Assembly (NCBI RefSeq): GCF_004349105.1
Contig: NZ_SMLB01000050.1
Span: forward strand, 2,393-34,392
Direction of reading: 5' to 3'
Length of the DNA: 32,000 bases
DNA from: Jiangella aurantiaca
GTDB lineage: Bacteria > Actinomycetota > Actinomycetes > Jiangellales > Jiangellaceae
Shown: positions 15,709 through 24,012 of the stretch, piece by piece
Layout: the number at the start of each line of letters is the position of its first letter
Position numbering within the stretch: position 1 is the first letter of the stretch
Notes under the pieces: generated by a model
The model's database searches: none
Seen by the model: only the letters and a program-made list of their open reading frames with translations
What the model was told of the DNA's origin: nothing
Translations under genes and position numbers: made by a program

Positions 15709-15962
15709 CAGTCGGTGATGACGCCCTCGCGGACCAGCACGTCGTGCGCCTTGCGCGCTTCATCGGCCGGGATCGGTCCGTGCTCGGCCTCGAACTCCTC
15801 AACGGCCAGCAGGCCATCGAGGACGGCCGCGCGCTCCGCCGGCATGATTGCAGCCAGGCGGACTCCGTGGTCGGTCAGGTAGATGACCTCCCCGGTGGAC
15901 GTGGCTCGGCTGATCACCTCGCTGAGGTGATCCTTCGCGTCCTGCACCGGCATCTCGGACAT
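15708..15962 (-). CDS. Phd/YefM-type antitoxin
   Basis: Starts at the internal ATG at 15962, giving 84 aa. MSEMPVQDAKDHLSEVISRATSTGEVIYLTDHGVRLAAIMP is the typical Phd/YefM N-terminus. Confidence 0.8.
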   Translation of the reverse strand: MSEMPVQDAKDHLSEVISRATSTGEVIYLTDHGVRLAAIMPAERAAVLDGLLAVEEFEAEHGPIPADEARKAHDVLVREGVITD

Positions 15963-16123
15963 AGTCCCAGCGTACGGCAGAAGCTCAGCAGACACAGCAG
16001 TCCTCACTCTCGATCGAGACGACGCAACGCTTGGGAACGATCGCTCGTCGTTGCAGCTTGTTGTACGGAACGGCTGATCCCGTCGCACCATCAGCGGATG
16101 CGACGAGACCAGCCGACACATCG

Positions 16124-16417
16124 TTATAGGTCGTCGCGGCCAGCTCGTCGGTGGATTCGTTCGACGGCCTCGCGGATCGCCTCGTGGAGCAGTTCCGCCT
16201 CACGGGTCCCGAGGCGGACCACAGTGCTGCGGCCGTGACGCGGCACGGTCGTCAGCTCGACCCCAGTCGTCGAGCTATGCGGGCGGACGACGTTGACGCC
16301 GAGCATCCAGCGTCCGGAGTCGGCCGGGATCGACTCCAGATAGTGCCGGTGGATGGTGTGGGCGCCGGCCTCGTCGCACCACTTCACCGGGCAGTCCACC
16401 CGGTCTGCGGCGATCAC
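16124..16417 (-). CDS. hypothetical protein (CPxxWC..H..H motif, small actinobacterial mobile-element type)
   Basis: 97 aa. The GTG start overlaps the upstream stop by 4 nt. Codon usage is consistent with high-G+C coding sequence. No family was recognised with confidence. Confidence 0.55.
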   Translation of the reverse strand: MIAADRVDCPVKWCDEAGAHTIHRHYLESIPADSGRWMLGVNVVRPHSSTTGVELTTVPRHGRSTVVRLGTREAELLHEAIREAVERIHRRAGRDDL

Positions 16418-16938
16418 AGGGCGTCCTCAGTCTCGGCGCGCTGGACCTTGCGCAGATCACGGACAACGGACTCCAGCTCGCCCAGCGTCACCCCCGCTTC
16501 CGACAGCACGCCGGCAATGCGGTCGACCACCTGGCGGTGTGCTTGGCGGGTGAGCTCGTAGCCGTCCTGCGGGTAGAGCACCCCCGGCTTCATCAGCTCC
16601 AGACCGCCGACACGCTCGACCATGCGATTGAGCTGTTCGACGATCTCGGCATCGGTCGCACCGGGTAGGTACCGCTCCCGGACATTGGCAAGCAGCTTCG
16701 GCGTCCACATCGCCTGTTGTGCGATATCGGCGATGCGCACCAGATCGGCGGCGAGCCGTCGCGCCTCCTTCGGCAGCAGGTCGAACTGCGCGTACATCTC
16801 CGTCTCGAACGGCTTGATCTCCACATCGATGTGGGCATCGCCGTGCAGGATGTGCGCGACCATCTCGCCGACCCCCTCTTCGACGAAGGGTGCGCGGGCG
16901 ATGATCTCTCGGGTATCGGGTTCGGGTAGCTTGACCAC
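16414..16938 (-). CDS. hypothetical protein
   Basis: 174 aa. GTG at 16938 is preceded by GGGAGAG with about a 6-nt spacer. The composition is balanced and non-Arg/Pro-biased, unlike antisense artefacts. No family was recognised. Confidence 0.62.
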   Translation of the reverse strand: MVKLPEPDTREIIARAPFVEEGVGEMVAHILHGDAHIDVEIKPFETEMYAQFDLLPKEARRLAADLVRIADIAQQAMWTPKLLANVRERYLPGATDAEIVEQLNRMVERVGGLELMKPGVLYPQDGYELTRQAHRQVVDRIAGVLSEAGVTLGELESVVRDLRKVQRAETEDAL

Positions 16939-17187
16939 GGGTCTCTCCCTGGTAGGTCAGGTTGGGATCAAGTCCCCGGTCCGGTGTTAGCGCACCGGCC
17001 GGGGGCGACTACTCATGAGGACGCGCAGGCATCAGGTGGGCCGCGTGGCCGTGCAGCGACGAGGCAGCGATGAGGCATCAGAACCCGCACCGCCGACGAC
17101 CAGCGGCCGATATCAACCGCCATACTGACCTGCGCAGATGCACCACCAACGGCAACGGACGACAGCGGACGGCGAGCCCGATCCGCA

Positions 17188-17232
17188 CTGTCAAGGCGGA
17201 GGTCGCGGGTTCAAGTCCCGTCAGGACCGCCA
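17188..17232 (+). repeat. attR core (duplicated 3' part of tRNA-Asp)
   Basis: Identical 45 bp to 6908-6952. The upstream sequence does not complete a tRNA. Confidence 0.9.
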
Positions 17233-17243
17233 AGAACAGCAGG

Positions 17244-17520
17244 TCAGGCGATCTCTGCGTGATCTTGTGGGTTGTCGGCGGTGCGGTTGGTCCGCACATA
17301 GTCCGCAGCTCGGACTATGTCGTCCAGTCGGTCCGTCACGGCCCCCAAGGCGTTGTCGAACAAGTCGGCATAGGCGTCGAGCGTCATCGATGCTTTGGCG
17401 TGGTGAGCATATGCGTTCGACCGCCCTTCACATTTGCCCCAGCCGACACGGCGAGCGACGCAGCGGTGTGGCGCAACTCGTGGCGCGCGGAAGTCCTGCG
17501 AACCCGGTCCCAGAACCATC
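17244..17520 (-). pseudogene. relic C-terminal fragment of a second tyrosine integrase (frameshifted and truncated)
   Basis: Minus-strand translation gives ..ARHELRHTAASLAVSAGANVK in one frame (HxLRH box at about 17465-17482). It then continues as ..HHAKASMTLDAYADLFDNALGAVTDRLDD..* in another frame down to the stop at 17244. An in-frame TGA lies just upstream of the HELRH segment. The fragment ends 11 bp from the attR repeat, mirroring the int/tRNA geometry. Confidence 0.7.
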
Positions 17521-17654
17521 ACGCTGTAGGCGAGGAGTCGGCTCTCGCCGGTGACGTGGAGCAGGCTTGCCCATGTCTGTGCGCCTCCTGCCGTCACACC
17601 ACGGCTGCTCGGTGAGCCAGCGGATCGTGTCCTCGTGCCGGCCGCGGCAGCACG

Positions 17655-18587
17655 CTAGAAGGCGAGGAAGCGGGCGGGGTTCGAGACGAGGATCGCGTGG
17701 ACGAGCTCGTCCCCGCCCGCCCGCGCGACCCGGGGAACGAACACGGAGGGGAGATAGGCCATCCCGGGGAGCCCGCCGTAGGCATGGAAGGACGAGCGGC
17801 GCGCCACGTCGCCGCCCAGTAACAGGCGTTCCGCTCCGCCTCGCTCGGCGACGGAGACGAGGCAGTCGACGAGCATGCTGTCCGGCCAGTACTTCGTCCG
17901 CCCGGCGCCGTCGTAGCCGAGGTATACCCCTGCAGTAGCCAGCTCGGCGTGCAAAACCGGGTCCGGGTTGCGGTCGGCGTGCGCGAGAGCCACGTCGGCC
18001 GGGGAGACCCCGGCTCCGGCGAGCAGCTCGACCACGTTCGTGGCCGCCGTGCCGAGCTCGAGGTGACACACGATCGGCGCTCCGGTGGCCCGATTCGCTT
18101 CGGCGGCGGCGAGCAACACCCGGCGTTCGAAGCCGCTGATCGACCAGTAGCCGGTCCCGACCTTGATCACACCAGCGCGGACGTCCGTCGGCGGTCCGTG
18201 AAGTCCGATGCTGTCGGCGTCCGAGCATCCTTCCACGATGTCGAGGACGAAGCGCTCCGCGAGGTCGTCCGGCTGGACCGTACGTAGCCAGTGGTCCGGC
18301 CCATAGTGGGCCTCGCGATGCACGCCCGTCGCCAGCACGATGTGAACGCCGGTCCGCTCGGCGATCGTCGCGATACCGAGCGGGTCCCGGCCACATCCCA
18401 GCGGCGTCAGCTCGACAACGGCGTCGATGCCGGCGTCGCGCAGTTCCGCGGTCTCGGCTGCCGACCGGTCGACGTCGTCGAGCTCGTCACCGGCCAGCAG
18501 CGGTGAGCGCATGAGCAGGTGCTCGTGGTAGTCGGTACGACCGAGCTCGTCGGGTTGGATGTCGCCCCTCACAGTGCGGATGAGCAC
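17655..18587 (-). CDS. phosphotriesterase-related protein (PTE/PHP family amidohydrolase-fold hydrolase, possibly a lactonase)
   Basis: 310 aa. LGRTDYHEHLLM (HxH), ..VELTPLGCGRD.. and IVLATGVH match the PTE homology protein pattern. GTG start at 18587. Confidence 0.82.
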   Translation of the reverse strand: MLIRTVRGDIQPDELGRTDYHEHLLMRSPLLAGDELDDVDRSAAETAELRDAGIDAVVELTPLGCGRDPLGIATIAERTGVHIVLATGVHREAHYGPDHWLRTVQPDDLAERFVLDIVEGCSDADSIGLHGPPTDVRAGVIKVGTGYWSISGFERRVLLAAAEANRATGAPIVCHLELGTAATNVVELLAGAGVSPADVALAHADRNPDPVLHAELATAGVYLGYDGAGRTKYWPDSMLVDCLVSVAERGGAERLLLGGDVARRSSFHAYGGLPGMAYLPSVFVPRVARAGGDELVHAILVSNPARFLAF

Positions 18588-18588
18588 G

Positions 18589-19563
18589 TCACGAGCGCAT
18601 CGCAGTGGCTACGGCGGAGAGCCGTTCGATCGCCGAGTCATCGAGGTTGAGGTCGAAGGCCTCGTCGATAACGGCGCTCCACCCGTGCACGAAATAGCGC
18701 CAGCCGTCCTCGATCGTGAGCTGTCGGACCGTTTCCTGCGCCCGGGCCTGATGCAGGAAGTCGAGCTCGCCCCGATAGTTGAGCTCCCACACGAGGCCGC
18801 GCTCGGGAAAGCAGCCCTCGGCGGTGATGGGGGAGCCGGGACGGTCCTTGCCCAAACCCGTCGCGTTGATCACGAGGGACCCGGGCGGGAGCTCGCCCAT
18901 CAGCGTGTCGTTGACTCGAGGATCGGCGTTGGCGACGTAGACGAACTCGGGACGCGGGACAGGCTGCTCCTGACGCTGGTGGACAGCCCGGCACTCGTGA
19001 AGCCGTTCGACCCCACGGTTGACCATTGTGATGCGCCGCGGGCGGTCGGCGGCGTCCGGCCGGGTCGCGAGGTAGAGCGAGATCGCTAGGCCGGACCCTC
19101 CCGCGCCGATGCACAGCACCTCCGCCTCGCCGGCGAAGCGGCCGGCCGGGACGAATGCCGCCAAGGACCGGCCCGCCGTGATGGGGTCCTTCGCGTGGCC
19201 GCGAAGCAGACCGTTCCGCTTGGAGATACACGACACCTCGCCGGTTAGGTTCGCCAGCGGATCGAGCTCGTCGAACAGATCGGCCGCCGCCTGGAGAAGC
19301 CGGACCTTGTGCGTGGTGACCAGCGCGCCGTGATGTCGCGAGTCGCCCGCGATATCGCGCACCACCTCGCGGTACCGCTCGGGTGGAGTATCGAGTTTCA
19401 GGTCGACAGGATCGAGGCGGACGTCACCCAGCCCCAGCTCCGCGGCCCAGGCCGGGAACACCTGGTTGATGGACGACTGGGTCGCGGTCACGCCGATGAA
19501 GCCGAATCGCGATCCGCGGGCGATCCTCCCCACTCCGACCTCCTCACCGCCGATGGCCGGCAC
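18589..19563 (-). CDS. shikimate/quinate dehydrogenase-like oxidoreductase
   Basis: 324 aa. Carries FGFIGVTATQSSINQVFPAWAAELGL, ALVTTHK, the Rossmann motif VLCIGAGGSGLAISLYL, and VINATGLGKD. It lies immediately upstream of the PTE-like gene with a 1-nt gap. GTG start at 19563. Confidence 0.72.
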   Translation of the reverse strand: MPAIGGEEVGVGRIARGSRFGFIGVTATQSSINQVFPAWAAELGLGDVRLDPVDLKLDTPPERYREVVRDIAGDSRHHGALVTTHKVRLLQAAADLFDELDPLANLTGEVSCISKRNGLLRGHAKDPITAGRSLAAFVPAGRFAGEAEVLCIGAGGSGLAISLYLATRPDAADRPRRITMVNRGVERLHECRAVHQRQEQPVPRPEFVYVANADPRVNDTLMGELPPGSLVINATGLGKDRPGSPITAEGCFPERGLVWELNYRGELDFLHQARAQETVRQLTIEDGWRYFVHGWSAVIDEAFDLNLDDSAIERLSAVATAMRS

Positions 19564-19606
19564 CAGCGCCGCCTTGACGGTAACGAAAGATCACTCGTAA
19601 TGTCAT

Positions 19607-19620
19607 CCTGTACGGTCAGG
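19607..19620. promoter_or_regulatory. operator candidate, copy 1 of a shared 14-bp palindrome (CCTGTACGGTCAGG, within ATCCTGTACGGTCAGGAT)
   Basis: Lies in the 121-bp divergent intergenic region between 19563(-) and 19685(+). It has 2 mismatches to the ideal palindrome CCTGTACGTACAGG. TTGACG lies about 30 bp upstream. Confidence 0.45.
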
Positions 19621-19684
19621 ATACAAGGCCGAGTCTCATGAGCCATACCAGTAGCACGGCAGTTCGAGTCGGAGCGCGCGTGTC

Positions 19685-20434
19685 ATGAAGACGGCAGTCG
19701 TCACGGGCGCGACGAAGGGGATCGGCCGGGCGGCGGCGATTGCCCTCGCGGACGACGGCTGGTGGGTCATGGCCACCGGACGGGACCCGGAGGCTGGCGC
19801 CGCGGTGCAGAAGGAGCTCGAGGATCGGTCGGGCGGCCTGTTCTATCCGGCGGACTTGACCGACCCGGCCACCCCGGAAGATCTTGTCGCGCGGACGCTC
19901 GCCGAAACGGCGTCCCTCGACCTGCTGGTCAACAACGCCGGCATCCACCACGAGGCCTCCGTGGAGAACACGACAGCCGAGATCTACGACCGGGTCATGG
20001 CCCTCAACCTGCGAGCAGCGGTGCTGCTGACGGCACTGGCCATCCCGGCCATGCGCCGAGGTGGGGGAGGCACGATCGTCAATGTATCCAGCGAAGCCGG
20101 CGTGATCGGTTTCCCGAACCAGCTGGCCTACAACCTGTCAAAGGCCGGTCTGGTGATGCTTACCCGCTCGATCGTCGCGGACCACACCGGCGACAGTATT
20201 CGAGCGGTGACGGTATGCCCAGGTACGACCCGGACACCGCTCGTGCAGCAGATCATCGACGAGGCAGACGACCCCGCCGCGATGGAGCAACGGATGGCGT
20301 CGTTGCGGCCGGCCGGCCGGCTCGGTCGTCCGGAGGAGATCGCGGCCGTCATCGCGTTCGCCGCATCGGACCGTGCGCCGTACATGACCGGGACGGAGAT
20401 CGTCGTCGACGGTGGCAACGTCGCTGTGACATAG
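19685..20434 (+). CDS. SDR family oxidoreductase
   Basis: MKTAVVTGATKGIGRAAA (TGxxxGxG), NNAG, and YNLSKAGLVMLT (YxxxK). Confidence 0.9.
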   Translation: MKTAVVTGATKGIGRAAAIALADDGWWVMATGRDPEAGAAVQKELEDRSGGLFYPADLTDPATPEDLVARTLAETASLDLLVNNAGIHHEASVENTTAEIYDRVMALNLRAAVLLTALAIPAMRRGGGGTIVNVSSEAGVIGFPNQLAYNLSKAGLVMLTRSIVADHTGDSIRAVTVCPGTTRTPLVQQIIDEADDPAAMEQRMASLRPAGRLGRPEEIAAVIAFAASDRAPYMTGTEIVVDGGNVAVT

Positions 20435-20483
20435 AAGAGCGCCGGAGCCCGACCAGACAATGACGGGCGGAGGAGTGGAAGCC

Positions 20484-21512
20484 ATGGGTGGAGACATCCG
20501 GGTCATCCTCGTCGGTGCGGGCCGCGCGGGTCTCGTACACGGGCGCAACCTCGCCTCCGGTGTCCGCGGAGCGCGGCTTGTCGGCGTGTGCGAACCAGAC
20601 GACGCGACGCGCGAGTCGGCGCTGGCCGAGCTCGGTTGCGAACACGGTTTCGCCGACCCGATGGATGCGGTCGCGCACGACGCAGCCGACGCCTTGGTAG
20701 TGGCGTCACCGACCTTCACCCATGCAGAAGTGGCCATCGCGGCGCTGAAGGCGGGCAGGCACGTCCTGTGTGAGAAGCCGTTGGCCTCGAGCCTTGACGA
20801 GGCGTACGCCATTCGTGAGACGGCCCGCAGCTCGGATGCCGTGTTCCTGATGGGCTTCATGCGCCGCTTCGACACGGGGTTCGCCCGCGCGGCCGAGCGA
20901 CTGGAGGCTGGTGACATCGGCGAGCCGCTGCTGGTCCGGTCGACCGGTCGCGGCCCCGGCCTCCCACCGCAATGGGCGTGGAACGTCGATCTTTCCGGCG
21001 GGCTGATCGCGGAGGTCAACGCACATGACCTCGACACCGTCCGGTGGCTGACCGGCCAGGAGTACCGCCGGGTCTACGCCGTCGGCCGCGCAAGGAAGCG
21101 GCGGGATCTCTCTGAGAGACACCCCGGGTTCGTGGATCTGGTGACCGCGACCTTCGAGATGTCCGGTGATGCGATCGGCCTGGTCGATGGGGCGTGTCCA
21201 GCCGGATACGGGTACGACGCCCGGGTCGAGATCTACGGGTCCGAGGGCATGCTGCTCGTCGGCGACATCCGCGCCAACCACACGTTGCTGGTCCGGCGTG
21301 ACGGTGTGGTGGCAGACCCGGTGGCCAGCTGGCGCACCCTGTTCGCGGAGGCCTATCGCGCCGAGGATCAGCACCTCGCCGCGGTCGTCCACGGCATCGA
21401 GGAGCCGAGGACGACCGTGGACGACGGCGTGGCGGCACTGGAGGCTGCCGTCGCTACGAACCGGTCCATGGCCGCCGGCGAGCCGATCGAGTTCGACACG
21501 GTGCGCGGCTGA
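20484..21512 (+). CDS. Gfo/Idh/MocA family oxidoreductase
   Basis: MGGDIRVILVGAGRAGLVHGRNL is a Rossmann motif, and EKPLASSLDEA is the EKP motif. GGAGGAG lies 8 nt upstream of the ATG at 20484. An alternative ATG at 20460 lacks an SD. Confidence 0.86.
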   Translation: MGGDIRVILVGAGRAGLVHGRNLASGVRGARLVGVCEPDDATRESALAELGCEHGFADPMDAVAHDAADALVVASPTFTHAEVAIAALKAGRHVLCEKPLASSLDEAYAIRETARSSDAVFLMGFMRRFDTGFARAAERLEAGDIGEPLLVRSTGRGPGLPPQWAWNVDLSGGLIAEVNAHDLDTVRWLTGQEYRRVYAVGRARKRRDLSERHPGFVDLVTATFEMSGDAIGLVDGACPAGYGYDARVEIYGSEGMLLVGDIRANHTLLVRRDGVVADPVASWRTLFAEAYRAEDQHLAAVVHGIEEPRTTVDDGVAALEAAVATNRSMAAGEPIEFDTVRG

Positions 21513-21514
21513 TC

Positions 21515-22468
21515 ATGCGCGCCGTCAGGGTGGCCGGACCGGGAGACGTCTCGGTGCTCGACATCCCTTCGCCGGAGCCCGCGCACGGCGAGGTCCTCCT
21601 CGAGGTCGCCGCCACCGCCGTCTGCTCGACTGACCGCAAGTTCGCCGCACGCGGGCATGACAGCCCTCGGACGCCCGGGCATGAGGTCACCGGCCGGCTC
21701 CTGGATGGCACGGTGGTCGGCGTGCACCCGGAGATCGCCTGCCGGCGGTGCCAGGCGTGCCTGGCCGGCTGGCACAACCGGTGTCCATACCGGGAGGCGT
21801 TGGGCCTGGACCGGGACGGTGGGTTTGCCGAGTTGGTGGCCGTGCCCTCCAGCCAGGTGGTGCCGCTAGGTGACCTCGATCCCGTGATCGCCACCATGCT
21901 CGAGCCCTTGGCGTGCGCAGTGCACGCAGTCGAAGTGGCCGGGATCGATACGGCCCGGCCGGCCGTGGTCGTCGGCGCAGGCGCGATGGGCATCCTGTGC
22001 GCGTGGGTGCTGCAGGCCGCAGGCTCCCGGGTGGTCGTGTGTCAACGCTCACCGCAGCGCCGGCGCCTCGCCCGTGACCTGGGGGTCAACGCAGCGATCG
22101 GCCCGGACGAAGATCCCGCGGATCATCTGGGTGAGCCGCCCGCAGCCATAGTCGTGACGGCACCGGGTGCGGAGCCGCTGGCGTGGGGCCTCGAGCGGGT
22201 GGCGGTGGGAGGTGTCGTGCACGCTTTCGCGAGCCTGCCCGGCGTGGTGCCGGTCGACGTGAACGTCGTCCACTACCGGCACCTCACGCTGGTCGGCAGC
22301 ACCGGATCGCGCCTTCAGGACTACGAGCGGGCCTGCGACCTGGCCGCGAGCGGCGCGATCAAACTCGAGCGGCTGCCGCACCGGGTGGTCGGCCTGGACG
22401 GCGCGCCGGCCGCAGTACTTGACCGACCGCCGAGCGGTGTCCTCAAGACGATCGTGGCGGTGAGCTGA
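21515..22468 (+). CDS. zinc-binding alcohol dehydrogenase (MDR family)
   Basis: GEVLLEVAATAVCSTDRKF..PGHEVTG is the catalytic-Zn motif, CRRCQACLAGWHNRC is the structural-Zn Cys cluster, and VVVGAGAMG is the Rossmann motif. Confidence 0.88.
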   Translation: MRAVRVAGPGDVSVLDIPSPEPAHGEVLLEVAATAVCSTDRKFAARGHDSPRTPGHEVTGRLLDGTVVGVHPEIACRRCQACLAGWHNRCPYREALGLDRDGGFAELVAVPSSQVVPLGDLDPVIATMLEPLACAVHAVEVAGIDTARPAVVVGAGAMGILCAWVLQAAGSRVVVCQRSPQRRRLARDLGVNAAIGPDEDPADHLGEPPAAIVVTAPGAEPLAWGLERVAVGGVVHAFASLPGVVPVDVNVVHYRHLTLVGSTGSRLQDYERACDLAASGAIKLERLPHRVVGLDGAPAAVLDRPPSGVLKTIVAVS

Positions 22469-22469
22469 G

Positions 22470-23990
22470 GTGACCGTCTTTGTCGGCTGTGACCTCGGGA
22501 CGATGGGCACGAAGGCCGCCGTCGTCGACTTGTCCGGACGCATCCTCGGCAAGGCGTTCGAGGAGGTGCCGCTCCGGCACCCGAAGCCACGCTGGGCCGA
22601 GCAGGACCTGGCCGAGATCGAGGCCTCGGCCCACCGGACGATCGGGCGAGCCCTCGCCGCCTCGGGCCGTGCGAAGGACGTGGCGGGGGTGGCGTTCTCC
22701 GGTCAGATGTCTGGCATCGGCACGATCGACGCCGAGTTCCGCCCCGCGACGTACTTCGACTCGTGGCTCGACTCCCGGTGCACGCCCTACATCGAGGAGA
22801 TGGCCGAGCATGCTCAGCGGGTCGTCGAGTTGTCCGGCTGCCCCCCCACCTACTCGCACGGTCCGAAGATCGTCTGGTGGCAGCGGGAGCGACCCGGCGA
22901 CTTCGCGCGAATCGAACGGTTCGTGGTGCCGGGTGCCTTTGTCGCTGGCCGTTTGTGCGGGCTGGCCCCGAAGGAGGCCTTCATCGACCGGACGTACCTG
23001 CATTTCTCCAACCTGTCAGAGACGGCGGCGGCTCGTTGGTCGGACGAGCTCCTCGACGAGTTCGGCGTTGACAAGCGGGTGCTGCCGCGCATTGTCGACC
23101 CGCTGGACATCGTCGGGCAGGTGACGCGCGAGGCAGCCGAGTCGACCGGCCTGCCGCCCGGAACGCCGGTCGCCGCAGGGGCTGGCGACCAGAGCGCGGC
23201 GTCCCTCGGCGCCGGTGTCGTGTCCGGCGGCCAGGTGTTCGACTCGGCGGGCACCGCAAGCGTATTCGCGGTCTGCACCGACGGGTTTCGACCTGACACC
23301 GCCCACTTGACGCTCACCTCCGGGCATTCGGTGATCCCCGGCAGGTTCATCACCCTGGCCTTCATCAACGGCGGCGGGCTCGCGCTTCGCTGGTTCCGCG
23401 ACGAGGTAGCCGCGGGAAGGTTGGCGGGTTCACCGACGGCCTATGCCGTGCTCGATGAGCTGGCGGCTGCGGTCGAGCCGGGCTCCGATGGGCTGCTATG
23501 GTTCCCGCACTTCCAGGGCGGCGTCTTGCCTCCGCAGCCGCGAGCGCGCGGCGCCTGGGTGGGTCTCACCGCTGGGCACGGACGTGGCCACATGTTCCGG
23601 TCGTTGTTGGAGGGCATCGCCTACGAGTACGCGGTGTGGGCCGACCTGGTCCGCCGGAGCGGTCAGAATCTACACGAGGCCCGCGCCCTAGGCGGCGGTG
23701 CCGCCTCGTCATTGTGGAACGGCATCAAAGCCGATGTCCTCGGCATCGACTGGGTGCCGACCGTGCGCCAGGAGTGTGGAGTGCTGGCCGACGCGCTGAT
23801 CGCGGCGGCGGCCACCGGGCATGTCGATGACGTCGCCGCCACCGCCCAGGCGTGGCAGGATACCGCCCCGCCGATTCGCTCCGACCCGGACCGGCACGCG
23901 ACCTACCGCGAGCTGCGGGTTGCGTTCGAGGTGCTGCGACGCCAGCTCGGGCCGGTGTACGACCGGCTGGGCGCCCTCTCGGGGCGATGA
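22470..23990 (+). CDS. FGGY family carbohydrate kinase (xylulokinase-like)
   Basis: VGCDLGTMGTKAAVVD, GAGDQSAASLGAG and GGGAASSLWNGIKADVLG are FGGY N- and C-terminal signatures. GTG at 22470 lies 1 nt after the upstream stop. Confidence 0.9.
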   Translation: MTVFVGCDLGTMGTKAAVVDLSGRILGKAFEEVPLRHPKPRWAEQDLAEIEASAHRTIGRALAASGRAKDVAGVAFSGQMSGIGTIDAEFRPATYFDSWLDSRCTPYIEEMAEHAQRVVELSGCPPTYSHGPKIVWWQRERPGDFARIERFVVPGAFVAGRLCGLAPKEAFIDRTYLHFSNLSETAAARWSDELLDEFGVDKRVLPRIVDPLDIVGQVTREAAESTGLPPGTPVAAGAGDQSAASLGAGVVSGGQVFDSAGTASVFAVCTDGFRPDTAHLTLTSGHSVIPGRFITLAFINGGGLALRWFRDEVAAGRLAGSPTAYAVLDELAAAVEPGSDGLLWFPHFQGGVLPPQPRARGAWVGLTAGHGRGHMFRSLLEGIAYEYAVWADLVRRSGQNLHEARALGGGAASSLWNGIKADVLGIDWVPTVRQECGVLADALIAAAATGHVDDVAATAQAWQDTAPPIRSDPDRHATYRELRVAFEVLRRQLGPVYDRLGALSGR

Positions 23991-24012
23991 GCGCGCTGGA
24001 AGGAGAGTGGCC

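Larger units (their letters stand above)
6908..17232. mobile_element. Integrated pSAM2-type actinomycete integrative element (AICE-like backbone) in tRNA-Asp, carrying defence cargo and no recognisable transfer gene
   Basis: Bounded by identical 45-bp direct repeats (6908-6952 and 17188-17232). The tyrosine integrase gene ends 14 bp from the tRNA 3' end. The backbone is a Cys-rich gene (pra position)-repSA-xis-int operon divergent from a GntR (KorSA-like) gene. Cargo composition differs from the flanks. Confidence 0.88.

Noticed and set aside
16970-17003. 12-bp-stem hairpin with one bulge (ccccggtccggtg..caccggccgggg) between the 174-aa gene and attR
   Set aside because: It could be an Int/Xis arm site, a terminator insulating the element from outside transcription, or chance GC-rich pairing. 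There is no second copy or supporting context.
17428-18396. 322-aa minus-strand ORF, plus 17567-17938 and 17949-18287 (+)
   Set aside because: These are alternative frames of the PTE-like gene with a heavily Arg-rich translation. Only the last ~30 codons coincide with one frame of the integrase relic, which is reported separately.
20138-21438. Minus-strand ORFs of 299, 228 and 140 aa opposite the SDR and Gfo/Idh/MocA genes. Similar cases are 21454-21993, 22049-23003 and 22850-23368.
   Set aside because: These are antisense artefacts. The plus-strand genes carry clear Rossmann, EKP and FGGY motifs.
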